Made by a program: the position numbers and the translations under genes. 32,736 nucleotides of DNA from a virus: the IMG/VR virus record IMGVR_UViG_3300028888_000358; one strand, 5' to 3'. A model generated the notes under the pieces. That model saw only the letters and a list, made by a program, of their open reading frames with translations. It was not told where the DNA came from and made no database searches. This document shows, piece after piece, positions 8,691 through 17,236 of the stretch (its first letter is position 1; each line of letters opens with the position of its first letter).

Positions 8691-9223
8691 TGGTTAATGA
8701 CGGTATCACGGTTGACGCTTCTCGCTGTTATGCTTTATTCCGAAGGTTATCAACCAGGAACCAAAGGAAGGTCAGCAGAGCGGCATTGAGAGAAGCCTCA
8801 AACAAGATCAAGAAGGAAGCCGTCAAGAACCTGCAGGGAGTGATCGGGCACAGCGTGAGGAAGACATCCACCTACACCCGCGCCAACGGCAAGACCGAGA
8901 AGCGCAGCCTCGCACGAGGCGTGAAGGTTACGGCAAGGAACTCCGAAACCGCCAAGGTGCATATCATGGGCGACTACCGACTCAAATTTTTTGAGATGGT
9001 CCCAGACAAACCTCGAAGAACCAAAGGAACCCGAGGCAGGGGTAAAAAAATTCCTTTGAGGAAGACATCCAACAGGGGACCGAGATTCAAGGACCAGAGC
9101 AAACACAAGTGGTTTGCAAAAGCGGTGGAGGCTAAAGAACACGAAGCGGCACGGGACATTGAAGAAGCATTGAAGAAGCATATATTAAAACAGGCTAATC
9201 GTGAAGGGATTACATTTAACTAA
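8687..9223 (+). CDS. Tail-head joining component (HK97 gp10-like, tentative)
   Basis: Called from position and size, with ATGA overlap to the upstream gene. The protein is basic. Family assignment is weak. Confidence 0.45.
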   Translation: MMVNDGITVDASRCYALFRRLSTRNQRKVSRAALREASNKIKKEAVKNLQGVIGHSVRKTSTYTRANGKTEKRSLARGVKVTARNSETAKVHIMGDYRLKFFEMVPDKPRRTKGTRGRGKKIPLRKTSNRGPRFKDQSKHKWFAKAVEAKEHEAARDIEEALKKHILKQANREGITFN

Positions 9224-9578
9224 GGCGATACAGGCGATACTCGCAGACGCGGGCATCGACAACGCCCAGGCGATCGTGGCAGAGGAGAACACTCCCCAGC
9301 CCTTCGCGGTGTACCGCCGTGCATCGCTCTCGGTGGACGATACCAAGGACAGGCTGGCACAGACCCAGCGTGCCACGCTGAGTGTGCAGGTGGTGTCCAT
9401 GGACTACCAGAGCGGGCTTCTTCTTGCTGATTCAATCACTGACGCACTTGTGGGAAAACAAGGGACATTTGAAGGCGTTGCCATCGGCGATATCGTCCTT
9501 GCTGACGCCAGCGAAATGTTCAACGAGACGAGTTATTTACAAGACCTGACTTTTGATATCATAGTAGAAAATGAGTAG
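9201..9578 (+). CDS. Tail terminator / tail completion protein (DUF3168-like, tentative)
   Basis: Position immediately upstream of the major tail gene. GTG start at 9201, with no in-frame ATG nearby. IQAILADAG...PFAVYRR pattern. Confidence 0.5.
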   Translation: MKGLHLTKAIQAILADAGIDNAQAIVAEENTPQPFAVYRRASLSVDDTKDRLAQTQRATLSVQVVSMDYQSGLLLADSITDALVGKQGTFEGVAIGDIVLADASEMFNETSYLQDLTFDIIVENE

Positions 9579-10119
9579 AAACGTAATCAAAGGCGGTGAC
9601 ATGATGCTCTTCATCAAGGAGGCTAATGGCACCATGAAGTCAATCGCATTCGCCACCAGCCACTCGCTGACGGTGAGCAGTGACACGCAGCAGACGTCCA
9701 CCAAGGACGACGGCGGCAAGTTCCAGGGCTCCGACTACGGCATTATCTCGTGGAATGCCACCTCGGAGAACCTTTGCTCCTATGACGGCGCTGGCTACAA
9801 CTACCAGGACTTAATCAACCTGATGCTGAGCCAGACCAAGGTTGTCGCTACCTTCTCCATCGAGGGTGATAGCGGCAGCACCTATCCCTACGCCAACAAG
9901 AAGGACAGCGTGGATGACACGACCAATGACGTGTGGACTCCCGCTAACACTGGTACCATCGGCTCCACCTCCAACAAGAGCCTCGGTTATACCGGCACCG
10001 TTCTCATCACCAGCGTTGAGGTCAACGCCCCCAACGGCGAGAACGCCACCTTCACCGTGCAGCTGCAGGGCGACGGTCCCCTCACTCCGACCAGTGCACC
10101 TTCAGGCTCAGGCACCTAA
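9571..10119 (+). CDS. Major tail protein (TP901-1/phi13-like)
   Basis: 182 aa, Ser/Thr/Gly-rich and beta-type. It precedes the chaperone pair and is followed by a strong terminator. Confidence 0.7.
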   Translation: MSRNVIKGGDMMLFIKEANGTMKSIAFATSHSLTVSSDTQQTSTKDDGGKFQGSDYGIISWNATSENLCSYDGAGYNYQDLINLMLSQTKVVATFSIEGDSGSTYPYANKKDSVDDTTNDVWTPANTGTIGSTSNKSLGYTGTVLITSVEVNAPNGENATFTVQLQGDGPLTPTSAPSGSGT

Positions 10120-10151
10120 GCCAATAGTAACCGATATAGTTCCTTAACCCT

Positions 10152-10180
10152 GGGGGCGGGTGTATGCCCGTCCCCTTTTT
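10152..10180 (+). terminator. Rho-independent terminator after the major tail gene
   Basis: Stem GGGGGCGGG (10152-10160) pairs with CCCGTCCCC (10167-10175) with one G-T wobble. The loop is TGTATG and a T5 run follows (10176-10180). Confidence 0.75.
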
Positions 10181-10191
10181 AATTACAAAAC

Positions 10192-10491
10192 ATGGAAGTA
10201 ACAATCAATGGCAACACCTACAAAATCAAGTGGTCGCTCCGCGCACAGATATTCTACGAGGCGTTGAAGTCGCAGTCCCAGGATATGGGACCGACCATGG
10301 ACACCATCATGTATTATTACGCCATCCTGATCACCAGCAACCCAGGCATGGACATGGGCATCGAGGAGTTCATCGACAGCTGCGACTCTTCCACCCTGAA
10401 GGTGTTCCGTGACCTTCTCGCCACCGACGAGGAGATGAGGAAACTCATCAACGGCGACGATGACGAGAACAACGGTGAAAAAAAAAGCTGA
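10192..10491 (+). CDS. Tail assembly chaperone (G-like)
   Basis: 99 aa with an acidic C-terminus, located between the major tail and tape measure genes. It ends just after an A9 run. Confidence 0.75.
   Translation: MEVTINGNTYKIKWSLRAQIFYEALKSQSQDMGPTMDTIMYYYAILITSNPGMDMGIEEFIDSCDSSTLKVFRDLLATDEEMRKLINGDDDENNGEKKS
10478..10486 (+). promoter_or_regulatory. A9 slippery run for programmed -1 frameshift (G to GT)
   Basis: The zero frame reads GAA AAA AAA AGC TGA. The heptamer A AAA AAA lies at 10479-10485. The -1 frame is open from 10479 to 10820. Confidence 0.65.
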
Positions 10492-10820
10492 CGGCGCGTG
10501 AGATCTACGCCACTCTCGTATTCCAGGGGCACATGCCCCCGGCGTATGTCATGGACGAGATGAGGATGTACGAGATAGGATGTCTTATGCCTTATCTCTA
10601 TCTCGCATCCAAAGACTCATGGGAACAGGCGCGGCTGATGGGCTACATCAGTGCCCAGACCCACTCCTCCAAGAAGATGAGCGTCAGTGACATCATCTCC
10701 TTTCCATGGGAGAAGGATAACAACAACTGCCACGACACTTCAATGAGTAACGCCGATAAGCGTCGGCTCGAAGAAAAAGCAAAACAACTAGAAAAAATGA
10801 TGAACCAAAATGAGCGTTAA
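10479..10820 (+). CDS. T-extension of the tail assembly chaperone, expressed as a G-T fusion by -1 frameshift
   Basis: The -1 frame has a TGA at 10476-10478 and is then open to 10820. The ORF-track ATG at 10533 is internal. The 3' end overlaps the tape measure start. Confidence 0.6.
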   Translation, partial: KKKLTAREIYATLVFQGHMPPAYVMDEMRMYEIGCLMPYLYLASKDSWEQARLMGYISAQTHSSKKMSVSDIISFPWEKDNNNCHDTSMSNADKRRLEEKAKQLEKMMNQNER

Positions 10821-13320
10821 AGCTGATTTACGAGTCATATTAGGGATTGACAAGGCGGGGTTTGACCGCAGCCTTGCCAGTGCCACTGCATCTGTGAACC
10901 GCTTCTCGCGTCAGACGGCCATGGCCAAGAAAAACATCGGCGGGATGCTCGGCGGTGCAGGTCTTGGAGGCGTGATGAAGTTCGGCTCCTATGCAGCCGC
11001 ATTCGCAGCCGTAGGCAAGGCCATGGGCGACATCGTTGCCAACGGGCGCGCACTGGAGACCAGCATGGCGCACCTCCAGTCGCTCACAGGATTGAGCAGC
11101 GAAGTGATGGGAAGCGTCAAGCAGATGGCGACCGACACGGCCATGGCGATGGGCATCTCCAGTTCGCAGATCGTGGACGCATACGGCGTCATCGGCTCCA
11201 AGATGCCCGAACTGCTGAAGTCCCCAGAGGCGTTGGATGCAGTCGCTAAGAGTGCCGCCACGCTGGCAAAGGCTGGTGTCATGCCGCTTGAAGCGTCCAT
11301 CGAGTCGCTGACGGGTATCATGAACCAGATGGGAGCCAGCGCCGAGGATGCAGAGACCTACATCAACGTGTTGGCTGCAGGTTCCAAGAACGGTGCAGGT
11401 AACATTGAGTATCTTGCCACCGCGTTCACCAAATGCGGTTCTGCCATCCGCAATGCAGGGCTGTCGGTCCAGCAGGGCACGGCACTCATTGAGGCACTTG
11501 CCAAGCGCATGCCCGACGCGGCTGAGGCTGGCACGGCATTACGCAACGTGCTGCTGGTGATGGGCACCACGGCTGGTGATGACCTCAACCCCAAAATCGT
11601 GGGTCTTGACAAGGCGATGGAGAACCTGCATGCCCGAATCGGTGACACCAACGAGATGGTAAAACTCTTCGGCAAGCGAAACTACAACGCCGCCGCCATC
11701 CTCGCTGACTCCACCGAACAGGTGAAGGCCCTCACCGACGCGGTGACCGACACCAACGAGGCACATATCCAGGCAGAGGTTAACGGCAAGACCTTGGACG
11801 CCCAGCTCAACAGGATGTCCTCATCATGGGAGACGCTGACCGCCGCCATCGGTGAGAGTTGTGGCTGGTTGGCTTCGTTCATCAAGTTGATCAATGAAGC
11901 ACTTGAGGGTGCAGCCCAGCTCATGCGCTATGGTTTCAACGGCAGCGATGTCCGCATTGACACGAACAAGCAACTAACCAACAACAACGTAAGAGAGACT
12001 TCAGATTATTGGCAGAACTTCTGGAAGGGTAAGGGGAAAACCGATGCCGAGGCCCGCAAGAAGACCATCGACGAGCTCCGTCAACAGCGGAAAATCGAGA
12101 AGGAAGAAGGCGACAAACTCGCTGCCCGAATCAACCAGTTGAGGAATACCAAGGTGTCCGGCTGGGAGAAAAGCGTTGACGAGCTGAAGGGACAACTTGC
12201 CAAGCGCAACAATGCCATCAGGGCATATAACGCTGAACTGGCAAGGCTGCAGAACCCCGAAAAAGGCGCACCCGCTCCTGTCGCACCCACGCCCACAGGT
12301 GGTGGCGGCAAGAAGACCGGCAAGACAGGTCGCAGCACCAAGAGCGGCCCGTCCTATGTGGCTGGCTCGCTGAAGGACTATGAGTCGCAGCTGAACAAGC
12401 TCAACGCCGCGCTCCAGGGGAATGTGGATGTCACCCAGCTGAGCGAGGAACAGCTCGCAAAGTATGGTGCAGAGTTCGCAGACCTCTACCAGAAAATCAA
12501 CCAGGCAAAGAACGCGCTCAAGCAGTTCGAGAACTCAACGGCGCAGCTCGGCAAGACCGTTGACAGCGCCAGCAGGGGCAAGATCAAGGACCTGTTTACC
12601 GGCAAGAAGGCATCACTGCCAGGAAAGACGAATTTGGGTGTCAACATCCCGTTGTCACCGAATGCGCGTCTCATCCAGCAGCAGACATCACTCAACAACG
12701 AGATTGAGCGCACACGCGAGCTCTATGAGGGTGTCGGCACGGCCATGGGCGACATGGGACAGCTCACGATGAAGACTTTCGGCGACATCTCAAACATCAT
12801 CAGCGTGTTCAAGTCAGAGGTTGGCGACACGAAGGGGAAAATCGGTGCTATGGGCACGGCTCTGAGCTCTGCAGGTCAGGCTGTCGGTGCCATCGGCGCG
12901 GCCATGGAGGACAAAGGCTTGCAGATCGGCGGTCTCATCGCACAGACCATCGGCAACCTGGCATTGTCTTTCGCTTTGGCTATGAAGGGCGCAGGTCAAC
13001 TCGGCCCTATCGGCTGGGCTGCATTCGGTATCGCCGGTATGGCACAACTGATTGCCATGATAGCACAGATCAAGAGCCTATCGAGCGGCTATGCCTCGGG
13101 TGGTATCATTCCCGGCAACAGCTACCACGGCGACCAGATGTATGTGAGAGCCAATGCAGGTGAGATGATACTCACACAGGGCCAGCAGTCGCGCCTGTTC
13201 CGCATGCTTGACGGAGGCGTATACAACGGCGGCATGGGACAGGTAGAGTTCGTCATCAACGGCTCGCAACTGAAAGGTGTATTGAACAATTATTCTCGTA
13301 AAACTGGAAAACTCGCATGA
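10810..13320 (+). CDS. Tail tape measure protein
   Basis: 836 aa, the longest tail ORF, directly after G/GT. It has a helical Ala-rich N-half, a coiled-coil centre and a Gly-rich hydrophobic C-terminal segment. Confidence 0.85.
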   Translation: MSVKADLRVILGIDKAGFDRSLASATASVNRFSRQTAMAKKNIGGMLGGAGLGGVMKFGSYAAAFAAVGKAMGDIVANGRALETSMAHLQSLTGLSSEVMGSVKQMATDTAMAMGISSSQIVDAYGVIGSKMPELLKSPEALDAVAKSAATLAKAGVMPLEASIESLTGIMNQMGASAEDAETYINVLAAGSKNGAGNIEYLATAFTKCGSAIRNAGLSVQQGTALIEALAKRMPDAAEAGTALRNVLLVMGTTAGDDLNPKIVGLDKAMENLHARIGDTNEMVKLFGKRNYNAAAILADSTEQVKALTDAVTDTNEAHIQAEVNGKTLDAQLNRMSSSWETLTAAIGESCGWLASFIKLINEALEGAAQLMRYGFNGSDVRIDTNKQLTNNNVRETSDYWQNFWKGKGKTDAEARKKTIDELRQQRKIEKEEGDKLAARINQLRNTKVSGWEKSVDELKGQLAKRNNAIRAYNAELARLQNPEKGAPAPVAPTPTGGGGKKTGKTGRSTKSGPSYVAGSLKDYESQLNKLNAALQGNVDVTQLSEEQLAKYGAEFADLYQKINQAKNALKQFENSTAQLGKTVDSASRGKIKDLFTGKKASLPGKTNLGVNIPLSPNARLIQQQTSLNNEIERTRELYEGVGTAMGDMGQLTMKTFGDISNIISVFKSEVGDTKGKIGAMGTALSSAGQAVGAIGAAMEDKGLQIGGLIAQTIGNLALSFALAMKGAGQLGPIGWAAFGIAGMAQLIAMIAQIKSLSSGYASGGIIPGNSYHGDQMYVRANAGEMILTQGQQSRLFRMLDGGVYNGGMGQVEFVINGSQLKGVLNNYSRKTGKLA

Positions 13321-15809
13321 TATATCAAGGACAATTCAAGGATTCAGAGGGCGTGACCCACACCGTCAGGATATACACCGGATGGTCTCCGTCCTACAAC
13401 GCAGAGAATGACACCGTCACCGACATCACCCTGGGTGAGACACCGTTCATCACCACGATGGACAGCGGTGACGATACCATCTACAAGCCCATGAAGGGCA
13501 CAGGTGCAACAATCCAGGTAGTCACCGAGGGATATCTGTTCGATATCTACTCGCCGACTGCCCAGGGCACGAAGGTAGAGCTCCGTAACAACCTCAACGT
13601 TGTTGAGTGGACTGGCTATGTCACTCCCAACCTCTATGACATGGGCTACAAAGCCATTGAGACCATCGACATCGAGTGTATTGACGGGCTCAGCACCTTG
13701 CAGTACATCAAATACACGCCTGTTGGGGATACCAGGGATGTCTGCTCGTTCTCGAGCATCGTCAACCACATCCTCCAGCAGTGCCACTGCTATAACATGT
13801 TCTATGTCAGTGACGCCTCCAGCGTGCCAGGCACAAGCGGCGGTATCATGGATAACCTGTTAATAAGCGAATCTAACTTCTACGACACGAAGAGCGACGA
13901 AAAGAAGACAGATGCCGACGTTGCCTGGACCTGCAAGGAAGTGCTTGAGCAGATTGCCCAATACATCGGGTGCTCTGTTGTCGCATTTTGGAACAACATC
14001 TACTTCATTGACTATGATGCCGTGAAGGCTGGCGGCGGTCCTGTCGGCTGGTACAGATATACAATCGGAAGCTCAGCAGCGCCTGTGTCATCTCCCATGC
14101 AGATGTCGCCCATTGCCATAGGCAGCGGAAGGTTCTACGACAACAGCGCGACACTGAGCCTGGGTGACGTGTTCAACAAGATCACCGTCAAGTGTACGCT
14201 CAACGACTATGACGATATCCTTCCCGATTTCTTTGACGGCGCGGCGAACATCACAAAGGCAGACCCGAACATGGAATGCCCGAGGACAACTGACTACAAC
14301 CTGGGTGACGATCGTGGACCGATGTACGGTGACGTTGTCGAGAATGTAGTCGGTAACGCTTCAGGCGACAGCAACACCAAGATGCTTGCATTCGTGGACA
14401 TCAACGGCAAGGCTGACAACAGCGCCACCTTCGAGTTTCCCACATGGATGTCTGGTGTGTTCATCAAGTACATGAGCCACCCATCCATCACTTGCCACAA
14501 GTACCTGTACAACGGCTCCACCTGGGACGATGTGACCGCAAACTACGGCACGATCTGCTACACGGACACGCTGGCGTTGAGCGGCGCATTCATGGTCAAG
14601 AGCGAAATCCTGTGGATGCGTGAAGTATTGATTGTTGGTCCCTGGAGCCGACTCGCCAAGGAATATGACGATATCTCGAAGTATATCAAGGACTATACCG
14701 ACACGAGAAAAGAAGATGCTGCCTCAAGGCTTGACCTTGACGATTACATCTTGCTTGTCAATCCCATTGAGGACCAGCCGAACTACAGCAACTCCCCCAC
14801 CGAGCACATGTATGACACGACTGCCTATCCATTCATCGAGACGGAGCTGGCCGACACAGCAGCGCTCTATGGCGGGAACAATGCCTACTACATCATCAGT
14901 GGCGGTGTCCTTTGGGACGGAGCGACCAAGAACAGCAACTATCCCATTGACTCGGGCAGCGAGAAGATTGATATCAACACCGGGCGCAAGGACATCTCGC
15001 AGCAGCGTGCATACCTGCGATGCAAGTTGCAGCAGGGCGACAAGTGGTGGAACGGCGAACAATGGACCACCACCGAGAGCATCTTCAAGCTCTACTTCGT
15101 CAAGGAGAACACCGAGGAACTGAGGGCAGACGCCAATATGTTCAAAGAATTGAACATCGTCAACACCGTGACATGGGACATGGGCGTCAACGGTACGGGC
15201 TACGCCATTCCCGTCCCTGGAGTGCTGACCGGCACACCGAAGCTCACCATCCTCAACCCGATGGACTTCGGCGGTTCGTCAACCTACCCTGCCCGCATGA
15301 TAGCCCTGAAGAACTTCAAGATCAAGGCTGTCATCGGCGACCCGAGCTACAGCGGTGCCATGGACACGGATACCGAGTACACCAACATCGTCAACGCCGA
15401 CTATGTGAGCGAGGCACAGGAGGTGGAGTTCAAGGTCTGCACATGGGACAACAAGAAGCCCAACTTCAGTGCAGTCGCCACGAAGGTCGGCGGCGAATAT
15501 GCCTATGTCAACCGCATCGCCAATTCGGCGCTGAATGCTGATGCCAGGACCGTCGTGTACTATCATAGTGCATCGGGTACGGTAAGCGACGGAACGCTCA
15601 GGGCAGAGGAATGGATGGTGCTGAGGCTCACCAAGCAGTATTCAACGCCCGCCAAGGTGTTCGAGGTGTCCCTCAAATGCCAGATGTTCGGTCTCCCGCC
15701 ATTCGGACTTTTCACAAGTGCGACATTGGGATGTTCGTTCATCGCAGACAAACTGGAATTTGACGTTAAAAAGCGCAAGTGTGACATTAAACTCGTTGAG
15801 AAGATATGA
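13317..15809 (+). CDS. Distal tail / baseplate structural protein (Dit/Tal position)
   Basis: 830 aa with an ATGA overlap to the tape measure stop. Assignment is by position only. Confidence 0.55.
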   Translation: MIYQGQFKDSEGVTHTVRIYTGWSPSYNAENDTVTDITLGETPFITTMDSGDDTIYKPMKGTGATIQVVTEGYLFDIYSPTAQGTKVELRNNLNVVEWTGYVTPNLYDMGYKAIETIDIECIDGLSTLQYIKYTPVGDTRDVCSFSSIVNHILQQCHCYNMFYVSDASSVPGTSGGIMDNLLISESNFYDTKSDEKKTDADVAWTCKEVLEQIAQYIGCSVVAFWNNIYFIDYDAVKAGGGPVGWYRYTIGSSAAPVSSPMQMSPIAIGSGRFYDNSATLSLGDVFNKITVKCTLNDYDDILPDFFDGAANITKADPNMECPRTTDYNLGDDRGPMYGDVVENVVGNASGDSNTKMLAFVDINGKADNSATFEFPTWMSGVFIKYMSHPSITCHKYLYNGSTWDDVTANYGTICYTDTLALSGAFMVKSEILWMREVLIVGPWSRLAKEYDDISKYIKDYTDTRKEDAASRLDLDDYILLVNPIEDQPNYSNSPTEHMYDTTAYPFIETELADTAALYGGNNAYYIISGGVLWDGATKNSNYPIDSGSEKIDINTGRKDISQQRAYLRCKLQQGDKWWNGEQWTTTESIFKLYFVKENTEELRADANMFKELNIVNTVTWDMGVNGTGYAIPVPGVLTGTPKLTILNPMDFGGSSTYPARMIALKNFKIKAVIGDPSYSGAMDTDTEYTNIVNADYVSEAQEVEFKVCTWDNKKPNFSAVATKVGGEYAYVNRIANSALNADARTVVYYHSASGTVSDGTLRAEEWMVLRLTKQYSTPAKVFEVSLKCQMFGLPPFGLFTSATLGCSFIADKLEFDVKKRKCDIKLVEKI

Positions 15810-16735
15810 TGCAAATCGCAAAATATAACAGACCAACTGGTTCAGGCACGAAAGCGAGTGTCGGCTCTACAGCCGTCGCTGGTGGCGGTGCTTCAGCGTC
15901 GGTAGACCTCGGTCCGCTGAACATGAAGGTCGCGGCTCTTGAGTCAAAGGTGTCGCAGCTCGAGCTCCAGCTGGGCAGGGTGAATGCCGTGCTCGCTGGG
16001 CTTGACGGCAGGTTCCTGTCAAAGATGGGCGACAGGAGCGATTATGCCTATGCCCTCGGTGCCCTATATACCGACTTCATCAAGAGCGAGATGTACGATG
16101 ACGGCGTTGGTTTCCGCATCAGCGGGAGCCCTACAGCCACCGTTGAAGACAAGTACAACGTCATCGTCAAGGATGTCGGCTGGTCAAGCGTAGCGTTCAA
16201 CACCATAAATCAGAGCGAGGCGTCCTATGTGGATGCCGACACCGACGAGGCTACGGCACAACTGACCGCGATGAACATCACGATCGGCGCGGCGAACACG
16301 ACAGGATATCTCCTTATTGATTGCGGCGCGGAGCTGACCAACGAGAGGTGCTTCACCGAGATCGCCAAGCGCGTCCGCTATGTGACGAAACGCACAAAGG
16401 GGTATCAGATTATTACCGACCCGATAAGAGAAGCCGATACGGACGGGAACGGCAACTTCATCATCCGCTTCCTGGACGCCGACAGCGTGAGCGTCTCGAT
16501 ATGGTTTGACTACACCTATGCGTTCAGCCAGTACGGGAACATCACGAGCGGCACATACAGGCTCTATATCCGTGGCACCGACCCGACGAACAACCAGACC
16601 GACATGTTCGCGGCATCCACCAAGGTCGCCACGCTCAACGCGAGCGGTATCACCGTGATGAACGGGAATGTCGGTGCCCGTATCACGAGCAGCGGGGTTC
16701 AGAGAACGACCGACGGAGGCACCACATGGACATAG
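15806..16735 (+). CDS. Tail fibre-like structural protein with an N-terminal coiled coil
   Basis: ATGA overlap with the upstream gene. VAALESKVSQLELQLGRVNAVLAGL is a heptad-like segment. Confidence 0.55.
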   Translation: MMQIAKYNRPTGSGTKASVGSTAVAGGGASASVDLGPLNMKVAALESKVSQLELQLGRVNAVLAGLDGRFLSKMGDRSDYAYALGALYTDFIKSEMYDDGVGFRISGSPTATVEDKYNVIVKDVGWSSVAFNTINQSEASYVDADTDEATAQLTAMNITIGAANTTGYLLIDCGAELTNERCFTEIAKRVRYVTKRTKGYQIITDPIREADTDGNGNFIIRFLDADSVSVSIWFDYTYAFSQYGNITSGTYRLYIRGTDPTNNQTDMFAASTKVATLNASGITVMNGNVGARITSSGVQRTTDGGTTWT

Positions 16736-16757
16736 TTTAACAAACAGACATAAATAT

Positions 16758-17234
16758 ATGAGCATACAGATAGAAACAACCGACATGCAGGTCAACCGAT
16801 ATTCAGACTTCAAGCTGACTATGTCGCTGACCAAGAACGGCGAGGCATACATCCCTGCATCATTCATGATAGTGTTCTATGTGGACAGCTGGGATGACTG
16901 CGAGGGCCGTTATGTGGCATCATACATCAACGGCGAGTATAACAACTGCGTTGTTAGCGGCACGACGATCCACGTCTATTTTGACTCTCCTGGTTTCAAC
17001 CTCGGGCAGCTCAAGTGCAGGGTGCTTGACATGGTGGAGAATGACAACTTCACCGACGGCACGCTTGACACCTGCACCCCTATCACCCTGCCGGTGGAGA
17101 TTGTCGCCGGTCCTGGCAACACCGACAACGTGGTGCTCGGTTACGGGCGTGTGTACTTCGGTGACAACCATGACGTAGTGCTTGAGGGTGCTGCAGCTCC
17201 TTCATTCGGTAACGATAACAATTTAGAGATATAG
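16758..17234 (+). CDS. Hypothetical tail-associated protein
   Basis: First ATG after the upstream stop at 16735. The ORF-track start at 16668 overlaps the upstream gene. The sequence is beta-rich. Confidence 0.55.
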   Translation: MSIQIETTDMQVNRYSDFKLTMSLTKNGEAYIPASFMIVFYVDSWDDCEGRYVASYINGEYNNCVVSGTTIHVYFDSPGFNLGQLKCRVLDMVENDNFTDGTLDTCTPITLPVEIVAGPGNTDNVVLGYGRVYFGDNHDVVLEGAAAPSFGNDNNLEI

Positions 17235-17236
17235 TT

